From: Vicinamibacteria bacterium
GTDB taxonomy: Bacteria; Acidobacteriota; Vicinamibacteria; Marinacidobacterales; Marinacidobacteraceae
Reading direction: 5' to 3'
DNA: 64,000 bases
NCBI GenBank assembly: GCA_964291235.2
Contig: OZ219816.1
Location: 544,001 to 608,000, forward strand
The notes below the pieces were generated by a model. That model searched no databases. It was given only the letters and a program-made list of their open reading frames with translations, and was not told the DNA's origin. Positions within the stretch are counted from its first letter, which is position 1. Each line of letters begins with the position of its first letter. A program made the translations under genes and the position numbers. Positions 47,187 to 57,210 of the stretch are shown here, piece after piece.

Positions 47187-48802
47187 GATCCGGCTACCTG
47201 GAACTCGACGACCTCGGTGACCGAGCCTCCGCCGACCATGTCCTTCACGGTGATCTCGGCGGTGTAGTCGCCGGCCTCGAAGACCTCCCGGCGGCCGTCC
47301 TGGAAGAGCCGCGCCAGCGGAACGTCCACGATGGCGATCGCCAGTTCCTCGGAGGCGAGATTGAAGGCCGTCGGGTTGTAGCGGAGGAGCTGCTCGCCAT
47401 CCTTCGTGAAGGCGATCTGCCACGTCAGGTTCGGCTGACCAGCCCCCCCGTAGCCGTAGGCGTTGAACACGAGGCGCAGCTGGTCTCCGGGCGCGTACAC
47501 CGGGGAGACCTTCGGTACGAAGTGGAAACCACCGACCAGCAGGGCGCGGCCGGGCTCCGGAGTGAAGTCTTCGACACGGGTGCCGTCGGAAAAACGCGCC
47601 ACCGAGGACAACATGAACTCGCCGCTCCCGAAGTTGGGGCTCTCGATTTCCCGGGTGATCGTTCCGTGCGTCTGCGTGGAGGGATCCAGGATCCCGGCAT
47701 AGATCGAGTAGGCGCCGGGCGCCATTTGCATCGGCATCTCCAGGACCGTCGGACCACCCGCAGATCCCTTCTGAATTTCCACCGTGCGCTCGTCGTAGCC
47801 AATCACGGTCCCCAGCGCATCCACCACGTTGTAAAAGACCGAGAGGGACGCTTGGTCGCCGCTCCAGGTGATGGCGTCCGAATCCAGTTCGAAGACGGCG
47901 GCCACGTAGGTGTCACCGACGTTCGAGCGGAAGAACGAGAAACTGGCGTCAAGACCGATGCCGGTGCCGGGCTCGCCACCGGCCCGCAGCGCGTTCAGGA
48001 TGGTCTTGCCGGGGCTGTTGGGATCGAGGAGCGCCCGCGTCTCCGCGCCGAAGAGATCCTCGACGTCCGGTAGCTCGCCGTCGGCGTTCAGGCTGAAGTT
48101 GATCTGGCTGGGCCAGACGATCTGCCGCGCCCGCGCCCGATCGATAGCGGCCTCGATCTCATCGGTGCGGACCAGCCGCGTGCCGAGATTCGTGCGCCGG
48201 AACTCGAGTTCGAGCCCGTCGGGGAGGCCGCGGTCGGGGTTCGGAACGTAGCTGAACTTCATCCCGCTGCCCGGGCCGCCGCCCATGCCGCCGCCACCGC
48301 GGCCGCCGCCCCCGCCGGCGCCCATACCGCCGCCGCTTTCCCCGAGGGGGTTCTCGCCCGTCGCGCCACCCGGTGGCCGTCCGCCGCCGGGACCGGCCGC
48401 GCGGCCCCCGGTCGCCTCCCGGTTGTCCGGGGGACCGAAGAGCAGCATCACGAGCGCCATGTCGGTTCGCGATCCCTTGATGCCGCGCTGCCCGAACTGG
48501 TCGTCAGCCTGCTTCCTCCAGTTGTCGAACTGGTCTTCGGCGCGATCCGGATCGTGCGGGTTCTGGCTGCGACGCGACCAGAAGTGCTCCTTGAACTTGT
48601 TTCGCTCGCCCCGTGGCAGCGACTCGAACGCCTGCCGCTCCTGGGCGGTCATGATCGGCTCCACCTCTTCCAGCCAGCGCCGGTCGCCCCGGCTCAGGCT
48701 GTCCTGGGCAAGCGCCGGGAGAGCGAGGGCGAGGATCGCGAGGGCGGCAAAACCCGCCTTGAAATGGGAAAAGCGGGGGGCAACCCGCGTCTGCTCAGGC
48801 AT
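47183..48802 (-). CDS. GWxTD domain-containing protein
   Basis: WLEEV.PIMT, FWSRR, GSRTDMALVMLLFGPPD; Gly-rich linker. Confidence 0.8.
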   Translation of the reverse strand: MPEQTRVAPRFSHFKAGFAALAILALALPALAQDSLSRGDRRWLEEVEPIMTAQERQAFESLPRGERNKFKEHFWSRRSQNPHDPDRAEDQFDNWRKQADDQFGQRGIKGSRTDMALVMLLFGPPDNREATGGRAAGPGGGRPPGGATGENPLGESGGGMGAGGGGGRGGGGMGGGPGSGMKFSYVPNPDRGLPDGLELEFRRTNLGTRLVRTDEIEAAIDRARARQIVWPSQINFSLNADGELPDVEDLFGAETRALLDPNSPGKTILNALRAGGEPGTGIGLDASFSFFRSNVGDTYVAAVFELDSDAITWSGDQASLSVFYNVVDALGTVIGYDERTVEIQKGSAGGPTVLEMPMQMAPGAYSIYAGILDPSTQTHGTITREIESPNFGSGEFMLSSVARFSDGTRVEDFTPEPGRALLVGGFHFVPKVSPVYAPGDQLRLVFNAYGYGGAGQPNLTWQIAFTKDGEQLLRYNPTAFNLASEELAIAIVDVPLARLFQDGRREVFEAGDYTAEITVKDMVGGGSVTEVVEFQVAGS

Positions 48803-48943
48803 GAGGCCTCCTGATGCTGAAGCGGCCACAAAGCCGAGGCTCCACCTCGGACCGGACACGCGATAGCCGTGAAATTGCCGTGAAAGAATACGTCCGGAGG
48901 GGGTTCCCCGCAAGCCTTGGAACCCACGCTATACTCGATTTCG

Positions 48944-50173
48944 ATGTCGTCTTCAATACCCCCGCCACGGCGCTCCCTGCGCCGGACCACGCTCGGGTTC
49001 CTCCTTTCCGGGCTGCTGCTCGGGTCCTGGGCCTGCGGAACCGCTCCCAAGCGGACCTGGACGGTGGAGGAGATTCGGGCGGACCTGAATCACCGGATCA
49101 CCCCCGACGTGCTCGCCCGCGTCGAGATCCCGTTCGAAATCGACGATGAAATCCGGGAACTCGCGTTTCGGGTCACAGAAAACCTGAGGACCGACAAGGA
49201 GAAGATGCGGGCCATCATCCGGGCGATCCGTCACCACACCGGCGGCACCATCTCCTACGACTGGCTTTCCAACAAGACCGCGAAGAACGTGTACCGGGAG
49301 GGCCGCGGCAACTGTCTCGCCTATACGAACCTCTTCGTCGGCATGTCCCGGGCGGTGGGGGTGGACGCGGTCTACGTGGATGTCACCACCATCGAGAAGG
49401 TCACCAAGGAAGCCGAAGTCATCGTCAACAGCGGTCACATCACCGGCGGCATCAAGGACGGCCCCGACCTGATCTTCGTGGACTTCACCTCGAACCCCGA
49501 GCGCGAGTACGCCGGGGCGAAGATCATCGACGACTTCGAGGCCATTTCGAACTTCTACAACAACGAGGGCTTCCTCTACGGCTATTTCGCCGAAGCGCTG
49601 GCGGACCAGGGAGGCTTCGACCCGCTGGCCCGGGAGATCGAGATGTACCAGCTGGCGCTCTCGATCCGTCCCAACTTCAACCGCGCGCGGAACAACCTCG
49701 GGGTCGCCTACAAGCGGCGCGGCCACGTGGACGCCGCGATCGAGCAGTATCAACTGGCCCTCGACATCGAACCGGATTTCACCGAAGCCCGCTCCAACCT
49801 GGCGAGCGCCTACTACTCCCAGGGGGACACGGACAAGGCGATCCAGGAGTTCCAGCTCGCGGCGCGAAACGACGGGTCCAACGCCTACGTCGTCTATCAC
49901 CTCGGGGTGCTGCACTACCACGAGGGCAAATACCGGCAGGCCGCCGACTTTTTCCGCAAGGCGATTTCCCGGGACCGGCAGATGGCGGACGCCCGGTTCT
50001 TCCTCGGGGAAGCGCTCCTGAAGCTCGGTGACGAGGACAAGGCGATGCGGGAATACGAGCGGGCCATCGAGATCGATCCGAACTACATCTCGGCGCGCGC
50101 CAAGCTCGATCTGCTGCGGGACGCGCAGCGGTCGCGTCCCCCCAGCGGGGAATCGCCCGACGCTTCGCGCTAG
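48944..50173 (+). CDS. Transglutaminase-like + TPR lipoprotein
   Basis: GNCLAYTNLFVGMSRAVG, GHI, VDF; multiple TPRs (ARNNLGVAY, ARSNLASAY). Confidence 0.85.
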   Translation: MSSSIPPPRRSLRRTTLGFLLSGLLLGSWACGTAPKRTWTVEEIRADLNHRITPDVLARVEIPFEIDDEIRELAFRVTENLRTDKEKMRAIIRAIRHHTGGTISYDWLSNKTAKNVYREGRGNCLAYTNLFVGMSRAVGVDAVYVDVTTIEKVTKEAEVIVNSGHITGGIKDGPDLIFVDFTSNPEREYAGAKIIDDFEAISNFYNNEGFLYGYFAEALADQGGFDPLAREIEMYQLALSIRPNFNRARNNLGVAYKRRGHVDAAIEQYQLALDIEPDFTEARSNLASAYYSQGDTDKAIQEFQLAARNDGSNAYVVYHLGVLHYHEGKYRQAADFFRKAISRDRQMADARFFLGEALLKLGDEDKAMREYERAIEIDPNYISARAKLDLLRDAQRSRPPSGESPDASR

Positions 50174-50215
50174 CGGCTCCTCGCCCGCTGGCCACCGACT
50201 GTTAGTCTCTTTCCC

Positions 50216-51925
50216 TTGCGGGTCGAAGGAGACACGGCGGGCCTCAAGTCCCGTGACCGGAAGGTCCTGGAGCGCCTCAGCCAGCGGCGCTTGCCTCCGG
50301 CCGCGCTACTGACCCAGGAGTTCGCCCGGCAGCTCGCGGGGATTTCCCGCACGATCCGCCGTCAGGTGGGCGCCCTCGTGGACCGGCGCGGGACGATTAC
50401 CTGGGTTGGAGTGGGCGACGCGCACCGCATCGAACTGCCGGACCTGAAACGGCAGCGCGCCGCCGGCCGGCGACTCCGCGGGCTCCGCTTCGTCCACACC
50501 CACCTGGCGGGAGAGGCGCTGACCCGCGATGACCTTGCGGACCTGGTGCTCCTGAGGCTCGATCTCATTGCGGCCGTCACGGTGGGCGAGGACGGGTTGC
50601 CCGGCGTCGTTCATGCGGCCCACCTGAAGCCGCCGGGGCGCCCCGAGGGAAGGTCCGAAGACGAAACGCCGTGGGAACTTCTGCCGCCCGTCGCCCCGAG
50701 CCAGTTGGACCTCGACTGCACCTCGCTGCTGGCGGATCTCGAACGGGCCTTCGCGCGCTTTGCCCCGGAGCGTCCCGGACGGAGGTACTCGGGACGCGCG
50801 ATTCTGGTCGGGGTGGGGGAGACGGCGCTCGGGTTCGAAAACGTCATGGAGGAGCTGGGAGAACTGGCGCGGGATGCGGGCCTCGAGGTCGTGGACTCGA
50901 TCGTGCAGCGCCGCACCCGCCTCGATCCCCGCACTCTGGTCGGACGGGGCAAACTGGAAGCGCTTGTGATCCGGGCCCTCGACCGGGGCGCCGATCTCAT
51001 TCTGTTCGCGTGTGACCTGAGCCCCTCGCAGACCCGCAACATTTCCCAGGCCACCGATCTCAAGGTGCTGGACCGGACGCAGTTGATCCTCGACATCTTT
51101 GCCCGGAGGGCAACGAGCCGCGAGGGAAAACTGCAGGTCGAACTCGCCCAGTTGCGCTATCGGCTGCCGCGCCTCGTCCAGCGCGATACCTCGCTCTCCC
51201 GGCTGGGTGGCGGTATCGGCGGCAGGGGGCCGGGTGAGACTCGACTCGAAGTCGATCGGCGACGTACCCGCGAGCGCATCGCCCGCCTCCAACGCGACCT
51301 GGCCCAGGTTGCGGTGAAGCGCGACGTGCGCCGGAAACGGCGCGACGCCCGCGGGCTGCCGGTGGTGTCGCTCGTCGGCTACACGAATGCCGGGAAATCC
51401 ACCCTGCTCAACCGGTTGACCCGCAGCGAGGTGGCTGCGGGGAACCGCATGTTCGAAACGCTCGATCCGACCAACCGGCGGCTGCGGGTACCGGTGGAGC
51501 GGGAGGTGCTGCTCGCGGACACGGTGGGTTTCATCCACGACCTGCCCGAGGACCTCATCGAGGCGTTTCGCGGCACCCTCGAGGAAATCTCGGCGGCATC
51601 CCTGCTGTTGCAGGTGGTGGACGCATCGAGTCCCCGACTCGATTCCCGCGCCGGCGCGGTGGAAGCCCTGCTGGGTGAACTCGGCTTCCTCGACATCCCC
51701 CGGATCGTGCTGTTCAACAAGGTGGACCAACTCGACGAGGCCGCGCGGTCGGCGCTGCCCCAGCGGTTGGCGGGCGCGGAGACCTGGCGGGTTTCCGGGG
51801 TCACCGGCGAGGGGCTCGAGGAGCTGGTTGGCGAGATCGCCCGGCTTATTCCGATGAAGCGGGTGGGTGTCGTCCCGGCGTCTCCGCTGCGAGACCGGCC
51901 TCCGACAGATCTGCTTCTTCGCTGA
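50216..51925 (+). CDS. hflX: GTPase HflX (long form)
   Basis: ILDIFARRA, GYTNAGKS, DTVGFI, NKVD. Confidence 0.95.
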   Translation: MRVEGDTAGLKSRDRKVLERLSQRRLPPAALLTQEFARQLAGISRTIRRQVGALVDRRGTITWVGVGDAHRIELPDLKRQRAAGRRLRGLRFVHTHLAGEALTRDDLADLVLLRLDLIAAVTVGEDGLPGVVHAAHLKPPGRPEGRSEDETPWELLPPVAPSQLDLDCTSLLADLERAFARFAPERPGRRYSGRAILVGVGETALGFENVMEELGELARDAGLEVVDSIVQRRTRLDPRTLVGRGKLEALVIRALDRGADLILFACDLSPSQTRNISQATDLKVLDRTQLILDIFARRATSREGKLQVELAQLRYRLPRLVQRDTSLSRLGGGIGGRGPGETRLEVDRRRTRERIARLQRDLAQVAVKRDVRRKRRDARGLPVVSLVGYTNAGKSTLLNRLTRSEVAAGNRMFETLDPTNRRLRVPVEREVLLADTVGFIHDLPEDLIEAFRGTLEEISAASLLLQVVDASSPRLDSRAGAVEALLGELGFLDIPRIVLFNKVDQLDEAARSALPQRLAGAETWRVSGVTGEGLEELVGEIARLIPMKRVGVVPASPLRDRPPTDLLLR

Positions 51926-52892
51926 GCCCGGCGGCTTCCCGCGAGAGGCGGATCAGGCTTTCGTAGCGGGCCGGATCCGCTCTGCCGGCGGCGACGGCCG
52001 CCTGGACCGCGCAATCGGGCTCCGCCCGGTGGGAACAATCGGGGAACCGGCAGTCATCGGCGTAGTGGGCCAGATCGGGATGGGCGGCCCGGATGCCGGC
52101 TTCGGTCAGGCCGTCGAGACCGAGAGCCCGAATCCCCGGAGTGTCCACAATCTCCCCGCCGCCGGGAAGCCGGATCAGTTCCGCCGCCGTCGTCGTGTGG
52201 CGGCCCCTTCCCCTCCGATCGAGTCCGCCGCTACGGCGTCCGGGGACGCCGAGCGCCGCCAGCAGTTCCGTTTTTCCGACTCCCGAATGGCCGAACAGGA
52301 CGGCCCGGCCGCGGGCGACGCTCTCTCGGAAGGCGTCGAGGCCCTCCCCGGAACGCGTGCTGGTCCGGTGGACTTCGAGTTCGAGCCCGCGATACGGAGC
52401 GAGATCCTCTTCGAGTCCGGGGAGATCACCGGTTTTCGCCAGATCGAGCTTGTTGAAGACGAGGACTGGCGTCACGCCGGCATCGAAGGCAACCACGAGG
52501 GACCGGTCCAGGAAACCGGTGCGATACGGCGGGTCAACCAGGGCAGAGACGATGTAGCAGCGGTCGAGATTCGCCGCAAACACCCGCATCTCCCGGCGTT
52601 CCGGAGGCCCCACGGCTCGACGCAGCGCGTTCTTGCGGGGAAGGACGGCGGTAATGCGCCCGCCGGAGTTCCGGGGCCCGCTACCGTCTCGCCGGCCCGA
52701 CTCGGTCTTTTCGACGGTGACCTCGTCCCCGACCACCGCGGTAGCTCCGCCCGAGCGGACGGCGCCGCGGCCGAAGAGGCGTCCGGAGAGGGAGCAGCGC
52801 CAAAGGGAATCCGCTTCGCGGGCGGTATCGGAGTGGAGCCGGACCACGGCCGCCTTCCGGCCGATCCGGACCACGGTTCCGCTTCGCTCCAT
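51846..52892 (-). CDS. rsgA: Ribosome small subunit-dependent GTPase A
   Basis: NKLD, GHSGVGK, GRHTTT, DTPG, CRFPDCSHRAEPDC. Confidence 0.93.
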   Translation of the reverse strand: MERSGTVVRIGRKAAVVRLHSDTAREADSLWRCSLSGRLFGRGAVRSGGATAVVGDEVTVEKTESGRRDGSGPRNSGGRITAVLPRKNALRRAVGPPERREMRVFAANLDRCYIVSALVDPPYRTGFLDRSLVVAFDAGVTPVLVFNKLDLAKTGDLPGLEEDLAPYRGLELEVHRTSTRSGEGLDAFRESVARGRAVLFGHSGVGKTELLAALGVPGRRSGGLDRRGRGRHTTTAAELIRLPGGGEIVDTPGIRALGLDGLTEAGIRAAHPDLAHYADDCRFPDCSHRAEPDCAVQAAVAAGRADPARYESLIRLSREAAGLSEEADLSEAGLAAETPGRHPPASSE

Positions 52893-52974
52893 CGGCCGGA
52901 TGCTACGTCGAGCGCTCCGGGGGTGGGGGCGGCACGCCAGGCTCCGTTCCAGTTATTCACGACGGAGCGGGCGA

Positions 52975-53550
52975 AAGGAGCCCCCACCCCCGGACCGCCC
53001 GGCGCTTCGCGCCGCGAACCGCAACTCCCTCACGCGCTGGCGCGCGCTTCGGCGAGTTCCGGTTCGTCGTTACCTTTTTGTGAAAGGGGGGGTGCCCCCC
53101 TTTCACACTTTCCCCCCGGTCACGCCGGCAGCGAACAAAGTTCGCTGCCATTTTTTCTCTGCTGCAAACCCCGCAGCCCCACCGCACACACGCAAGGGAA
53201 CGCCGGTCTCCAGGCCGGCACAGCCCCGCCGGAGGCGGGACGGCGGGACAGCCTCCCGCGAGCCAAGAAACGCGGGCGACCGCAAGGGAACGCCGGTCTC
53301 CAGACCGGCACAGCCCCGCGCAGCGGGGCGTCGGGACAGCCTCCCGCGAGCCAAGAAACGCGGGCGACCGCAAGGGAACGCCGGCCTCCAGGCCGGCACA
53401 GCCGCGCGCAGCGGGGCGGCGGGACAGCCTCCCGCGAGCCAAGAAACGCGGGCGACCGCAAGGGAACGCCGGCCTCCAGGCCGGCACAGCCCCGCGCAGC
53501 GGGGCGGCGGGACACCCTCCCAGCGTCAGGATGGTTCCCCTCTCGGCGCC
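52975..53550 (+). repeat. Partial family A repeat followed by ~3.7 tandem 88-90-bp REP-containing units
   Basis: Units start at 53191, 53281, 53369 and 53457 with CGCAAGGGAACGCCGG. Confidence 0.9.
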
Positions 53551-53686
53551 GACCCCGGTAGCCCCAGCGTCGCACAAGCGAGAGAGGCACCCTCCAGCCC
53601 CACGCCCCACGACAGCGTCGCGCTCCTGCTCGGCCGGGTCCGCATGCTAACTTTCTGAGGCTGTCCGGGAGCCGCTGGGGAGCCTT

Positions 53687-54256
53687 GTGTCCGTGTCCTC
53701 AAAAACTGCGCAACTCGCCGTCCGCCGGTGGCTTTGCTGGTCACTCCTGGTGGTCGCCGGGAGCCTCGAGGCGTCCACCATTCGCTACCTGCCACTCGAC
53801 CAGATGGCGGTGCGGGCCGACCAGATCTTCACGGGCGAGGTGGTGGGCATCGCCAGTCAGTTGAACGCCCGGCGGACCGGCATCCATACCTTCGTCACCA
53901 TCGAGGTTGACGAGTACCTGAAGGGCGGCCGGCGCCGCCTGTTGACCCTCAGAATTCTGGGAGGAGAGGCCGAGGGCTACCGGCTGGTGGTGCCGGGTTC
54001 TCCGGTGTTCCACCTGGGCGAAGAGGTCCTGGTGTTCAGCGACGGCGGGGCGGGGAGAATTCCGGCCGTACTGGGGATGGCCGCGGGCAAATTCACGGTG
54101 AGCCGGGACCCGGAAACCGGGGAACGCGGCCTGGAACGGTCGCTGGCCGGCCTGACACTCGAGTCCGACGAGGGGGTTCCGGTCGCGGCCCCGCGCGGGG
54201 ATCCGGCGACGCTTGACGAAGTGCGCGACATCGTGCGCCAGGCCCTCGCCCGGTGA
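53687..54256 (+). CDS. Secreted hypothetical protein (matrixin-associated)
   Basis: Signal peptide, ADQIFTGEV, IHTFVTIEVDEYLKG, GEEVLVF; overlaps the next gene. Confidence 0.75.
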   Translation: MSVSSKTAQLAVRRWLCWSLLVVAGSLEASTIRYLPLDQMAVRADQIFTGEVVGIASQLNARRTGIHTFVTIEVDEYLKGGRRRLLTLRILGGEAEGYRLVVPGSPVFHLGEEVLVFSDGGAGRIPAVLGMAAGKFTVSRDPETGERGLERSLAGLTLESDEGVPVAAPRGDPATLDEVRDIVRQALAR

Positions 54257-55263
54257 CCGTTCGTCGGCTCCCCGGGCGCCTGCCCCGCTGGGCGGCGGCG
54301 GCGATTGTGCTGGCGCTCGGAGTCTCCGTCGGGACCACGACCGCGCTCGGGTATCAGTTGTTCCGGGGTCAGAGCTTCGTGTGGGCCACCGGGCTCCGCC
54401 CGGTGAGCTACTGGGTCGCCAACATGGAGGACAACTGGATGACCGTGGACGAGGTGGTGGAGGAGACCCGCGCCGCTTTCGATACCTGGTCCGCTCCGGA
54501 GGAGGTCGGCCTCGGGTTCTCCTACCGCGGCAAGACCAACCAGCGCCCCTTCGAGTTCTTCGACCGGACCAACACGGTGGGCTTCACCACCCGCGAACAC
54601 ATGGGCGAGCTGGGACTCTCCGAACTCACGCTGGCGGTGACGAGTTGGCTCACCATCATCGAAACCGGGGCCATCGCGGAGTCCGACATCCTCGTCAACC
54701 CGGCCTACAACTGGACGGACACGCCGGAACGGGGTGGATGGGACTACCGGTCAACGCTGGTCCATGAAGTTGGCCACTTCGTGGGGCTCGGACACTCGGG
54801 CGTCGGCCGGCAGTCCGAAGGCGCGCTGCTGGCGGGTTCCTCCGTGATGTGGCCGTACGGATTCGGAAGCGGCACCGCCCTCGGCCGGGCACTGACCGCG
54901 GATGACATAACCGGGGCCGCGGTCCTCTACCCGGGTCCGGCCGCGAAGAGCGGCGCCATCCAGGGCGTCGTCCGGCGTACCTCGGGAGAAACCGTCCGCT
55001 ATCCGCACGTCGTCGCCTACGAGCCGCTCCTCGACCACACGGTGGGCGGCTGGGGTGATGCAGAGGGGCAATACGAGATCGCCGGCCTGCCGAACGGGAA
55101 CTACGTGTTGCGCGTGAACCCGATCCCCGAGAGCCATGGCGCGCGGGCCTACTTCTTCCCCTTCGGTCGCGCGGACACCAATTTCAGCGTCTCCGTCCAT
55201 CCCCGGCTCGTGGGGGTAACCGACGGGCAGGCCACCGAGGTCAATCTCGAGGTCAGTCCGTGA
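54253..55263 (+). CDS. Matrixin (M10-like) metalloprotease with carboxypeptidase-regulatory-like domain
   Basis: HEVGHFVGLGHS, Met-turn SVMWP, LTADDITG. Confidence 0.9.
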   Translation: MTVRRLPGRLPRWAAAAIVLALGVSVGTTTALGYQLFRGQSFVWATGLRPVSYWVANMEDNWMTVDEVVEETRAAFDTWSAPEEVGLGFSYRGKTNQRPFEFFDRTNTVGFTTREHMGELGLSELTLAVTSWLTIIETGAIAESDILVNPAYNWTDTPERGGWDYRSTLVHEVGHFVGLGHSGVGRQSEGALLAGSSVMWPYGFGSGTALGRALTADDITGAAVLYPGPAAKSGAIQGVVRRTSGETVRYPHVVAYEPLLDHTVGGWGDAEGQYEIAGLPNGNYVLRVNPIPESHGARAYFFPFGRADTNFSVSVHPRLVGVTDGQATEVNLEVSP

Positions 55264-56063
55264 GGATTCGGCGGCTCGGGTCTGCCGCGCTGCTTGTCGT
55301 AGCCACAGCCGGTCCAGCCGCCGCGGCCCCCGCCGGGACGGGCTGGGACCGGGCGGTTCCGAGTCGCGATTCCGGCAGGCTCCGAGACCTGCTCGAGAGT
55401 CTTCGGGAAGCCTCCCGGAACGCCTCCAGCGTCGCCCAGACGGACGCGAACCGCCAGGGGCCGGTCTTCTCGCGGCCCGGCGACTGGACGCACGCCGAAG
55501 CGGCCGTCGTTATTGGCAGCCAACTGGTGAACCAGGATCTCGGCTTTTCCCAAAACGTCTTTCAGACCGTCTCCGGAGAGGCCGAGGACGTGGGCTTCGG
55601 ACGACACCTGGGCGCCCGCGGCTCCTTTTTCGTGAACCGCTACCTGGGGGCGGAGGCCGGTTTCGCGCGCACGACGACCGAGTTCGAGTTCTCGGTCACC
55701 GACACGGAGGCCGGAGTCACCGTCCTTGCGGAGCCTCTCGAACAGATCAGCCAGGAGGCTTCCGTATCTGCGGTCGCGCAGTGGCCGCGCGCCGCCGTGA
55801 CGCCGTATGCGGTCGTCGGTTACGCGTGGAGAACCTCGGAGGTACAAGGGACGGACGCGTTCGAGTCGGGAGCCATCGTCCTGGGGGTCGGGATCAAGGT
55901 GCCCTTCCCGCGAATTCCGATCTCCCTGGCCTTCGACTACCGCTATGTCCAGTTTCGGGACGAGGAGGGCGATGTCCTCCGGCTCGCCGAGGGCGGTTTG
56001 GGGAGTCCCACGGTGTCCGCGCTGACGCTGGGCGTCGTCGTTCGACTCAACGTCAACCGTTAG
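55260..56063 (+). CDS. Outer-membrane beta-barrel protein
   Basis: Signal peptide, amphipathic strands, TPYAVVG, FDYRY. Confidence 0.65.
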   Translation: MRIRRLGSAALLVVATAGPAAAAPAGTGWDRAVPSRDSGRLRDLLESLREASRNASSVAQTDANRQGPVFSRPGDWTHAEAAVVIGSQLVNQDLGFSQNVFQTVSGEAEDVGFGRHLGARGSFFVNRYLGAEAGFARTTTEFEFSVTDTEAGVTVLAEPLEQISQEASVSAVAQWPRAAVTPYAVVGYAWRTSEVQGTDAFESGAIVLGVGIKVPFPRIPISLAFDYRYVQFRDEEGDVLRLAEGGLGSPTVSALTLGVVVRLNVNR

Positions 56064-56153
56064 CGATAGCCGGGTCCGGGCACCGGCAAGCGCCGGGCCG
56101 GGTGCCCGCCGGCGTGGGCGGAGTCTTTTCGCGCCTGGCGCGCGGAGCGGGAA

Positions 56154-57197
56154 TCAGCGGGTCGCGGCGGCGCCCGGGAGGCCGCGGGTCAACAGCTTGA
56201 AGAGCAGTTTCAGGGCGAGATTCGAGCAGGCGAAGAGGTTGCTGACGACAACCACCGCGCCTACGGCGCGTCGGGACACCTTGACGTCCCGGCCACTTCG
56301 AAAGGCCGGCCGGCGGCGAATCCGGCGGAGGGTAAGCAGCGCGATGCCCAGGGGCCAGAGGCAGGACCGGCGAATGCCCGTTTCCCCCGCGGGAATCAGC
56401 AAGACGTAGCGAAGCGCGTCCTCAAGGTGCCCGCGCGCATATCCGACCAGTTCGGTCAGGCCGGCGGCGAAGCCGGGATCCGAGGCTCCGGGGGCGAGGG
56501 AGCCGAGGTTCACGCCGGCCGCCTGGAACAGATCCCGGGGCAGCCAGCACGCCCCGCGCCGGCGATCTTCCCAGATGTCCTTGAGGACGTTGATCATCTG
56601 CAGACCCTTGCCGAAAGAAACCGACAGCGCGAGCAGGTCGCTCCGCCGCCGGGCGATCTCGGCGGAGTAGTCGCAAAAGAACATGGTGAGGGTTTCTCCC
56701 ACGACGCCGGCAACGTGGTAGCAGTAGCGGTCCAGTTGCGCCAGGTCCCGGAGTCCGTCGGGGGTCGCGCTCCGCTGGAACTCCACCATGCCTCGCGTCA
56801 TGACCTCGACGCAGCGCCGGGTCGCGGCGCGCTGCGCGTCACTGAGCCGTGCGGTCACCCGGAGCACCCGTTCGGTGTTCGCCACCAGCGCGCGCTCGCT
56901 CCCGGAGGCGGCCGGGGAGAGGTTCGCTCCCAGTTCCCGGGCGAACCGGTCCGGATCACCCTGGCCCGCGACAAGTTCGACGAAGCGGTCCGAGAACGCC
57001 GCCTTCTCGTCCGCAGAGAGGGCCGGCTCGTCTTCGATGGTGTCCGCGATCCGGCAGAGGAGATAGAGATTGCCGGTAGCGTCGTAGAGGGTCCCCGGCA
57101 GCGGACGCAGGGTGAGAGCGAAGGTGCGGGCCACGCCCTCCAGGATTTCCCGCTGGTAGGCGAGATCGTCGCTCTCCGAACGGGTCCGGGACGTCAT
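56154..57197 (-). CDS. Squalene/phytoene synthase family (SQS-like)
   Basis: [37 protein letters not shown]. Confidence 0.92.
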   Translation of the reverse strand: MTSRTRSESDDLAYQREILEGVARTFALTLRPLPGTLYDATGNLYLLCRIADTIEDEPALSADEKAAFSDRFVELVAGQGDPDRFARELGANLSPAASGSERALVANTERVLRVTARLSDAQRAATRRCVEVMTRGMVEFQRSATPDGLRDLAQLDRYCYHVAGVVGETLTMFFCDYSAEIARRRSDLLALSVSFGKGLQMINVLKDIWEDRRRGACWLPRDLFQAAGVNLGSLAPGASDPGFAAGLTELVGYARGHLEDALRYVLLIPAGETGIRRSCLWPLGIALLTLRRIRRRPAFRSGRDVKVSRRAVGAVVVVSNLFACSNLALKLLFKLLTRGLPGAAATR

Positions 57198-57210
57198 CGC
57201 GAAGTCGGCT

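Noticed and set aside
53191-53520. Regularly spaced repeats resembling a CRISPR array
   Set aside because: The sequences between palindromes are identical rather than unique spacers, no cas genes are present, and the same REP occurs dispersed at 34.8-35.4 kb
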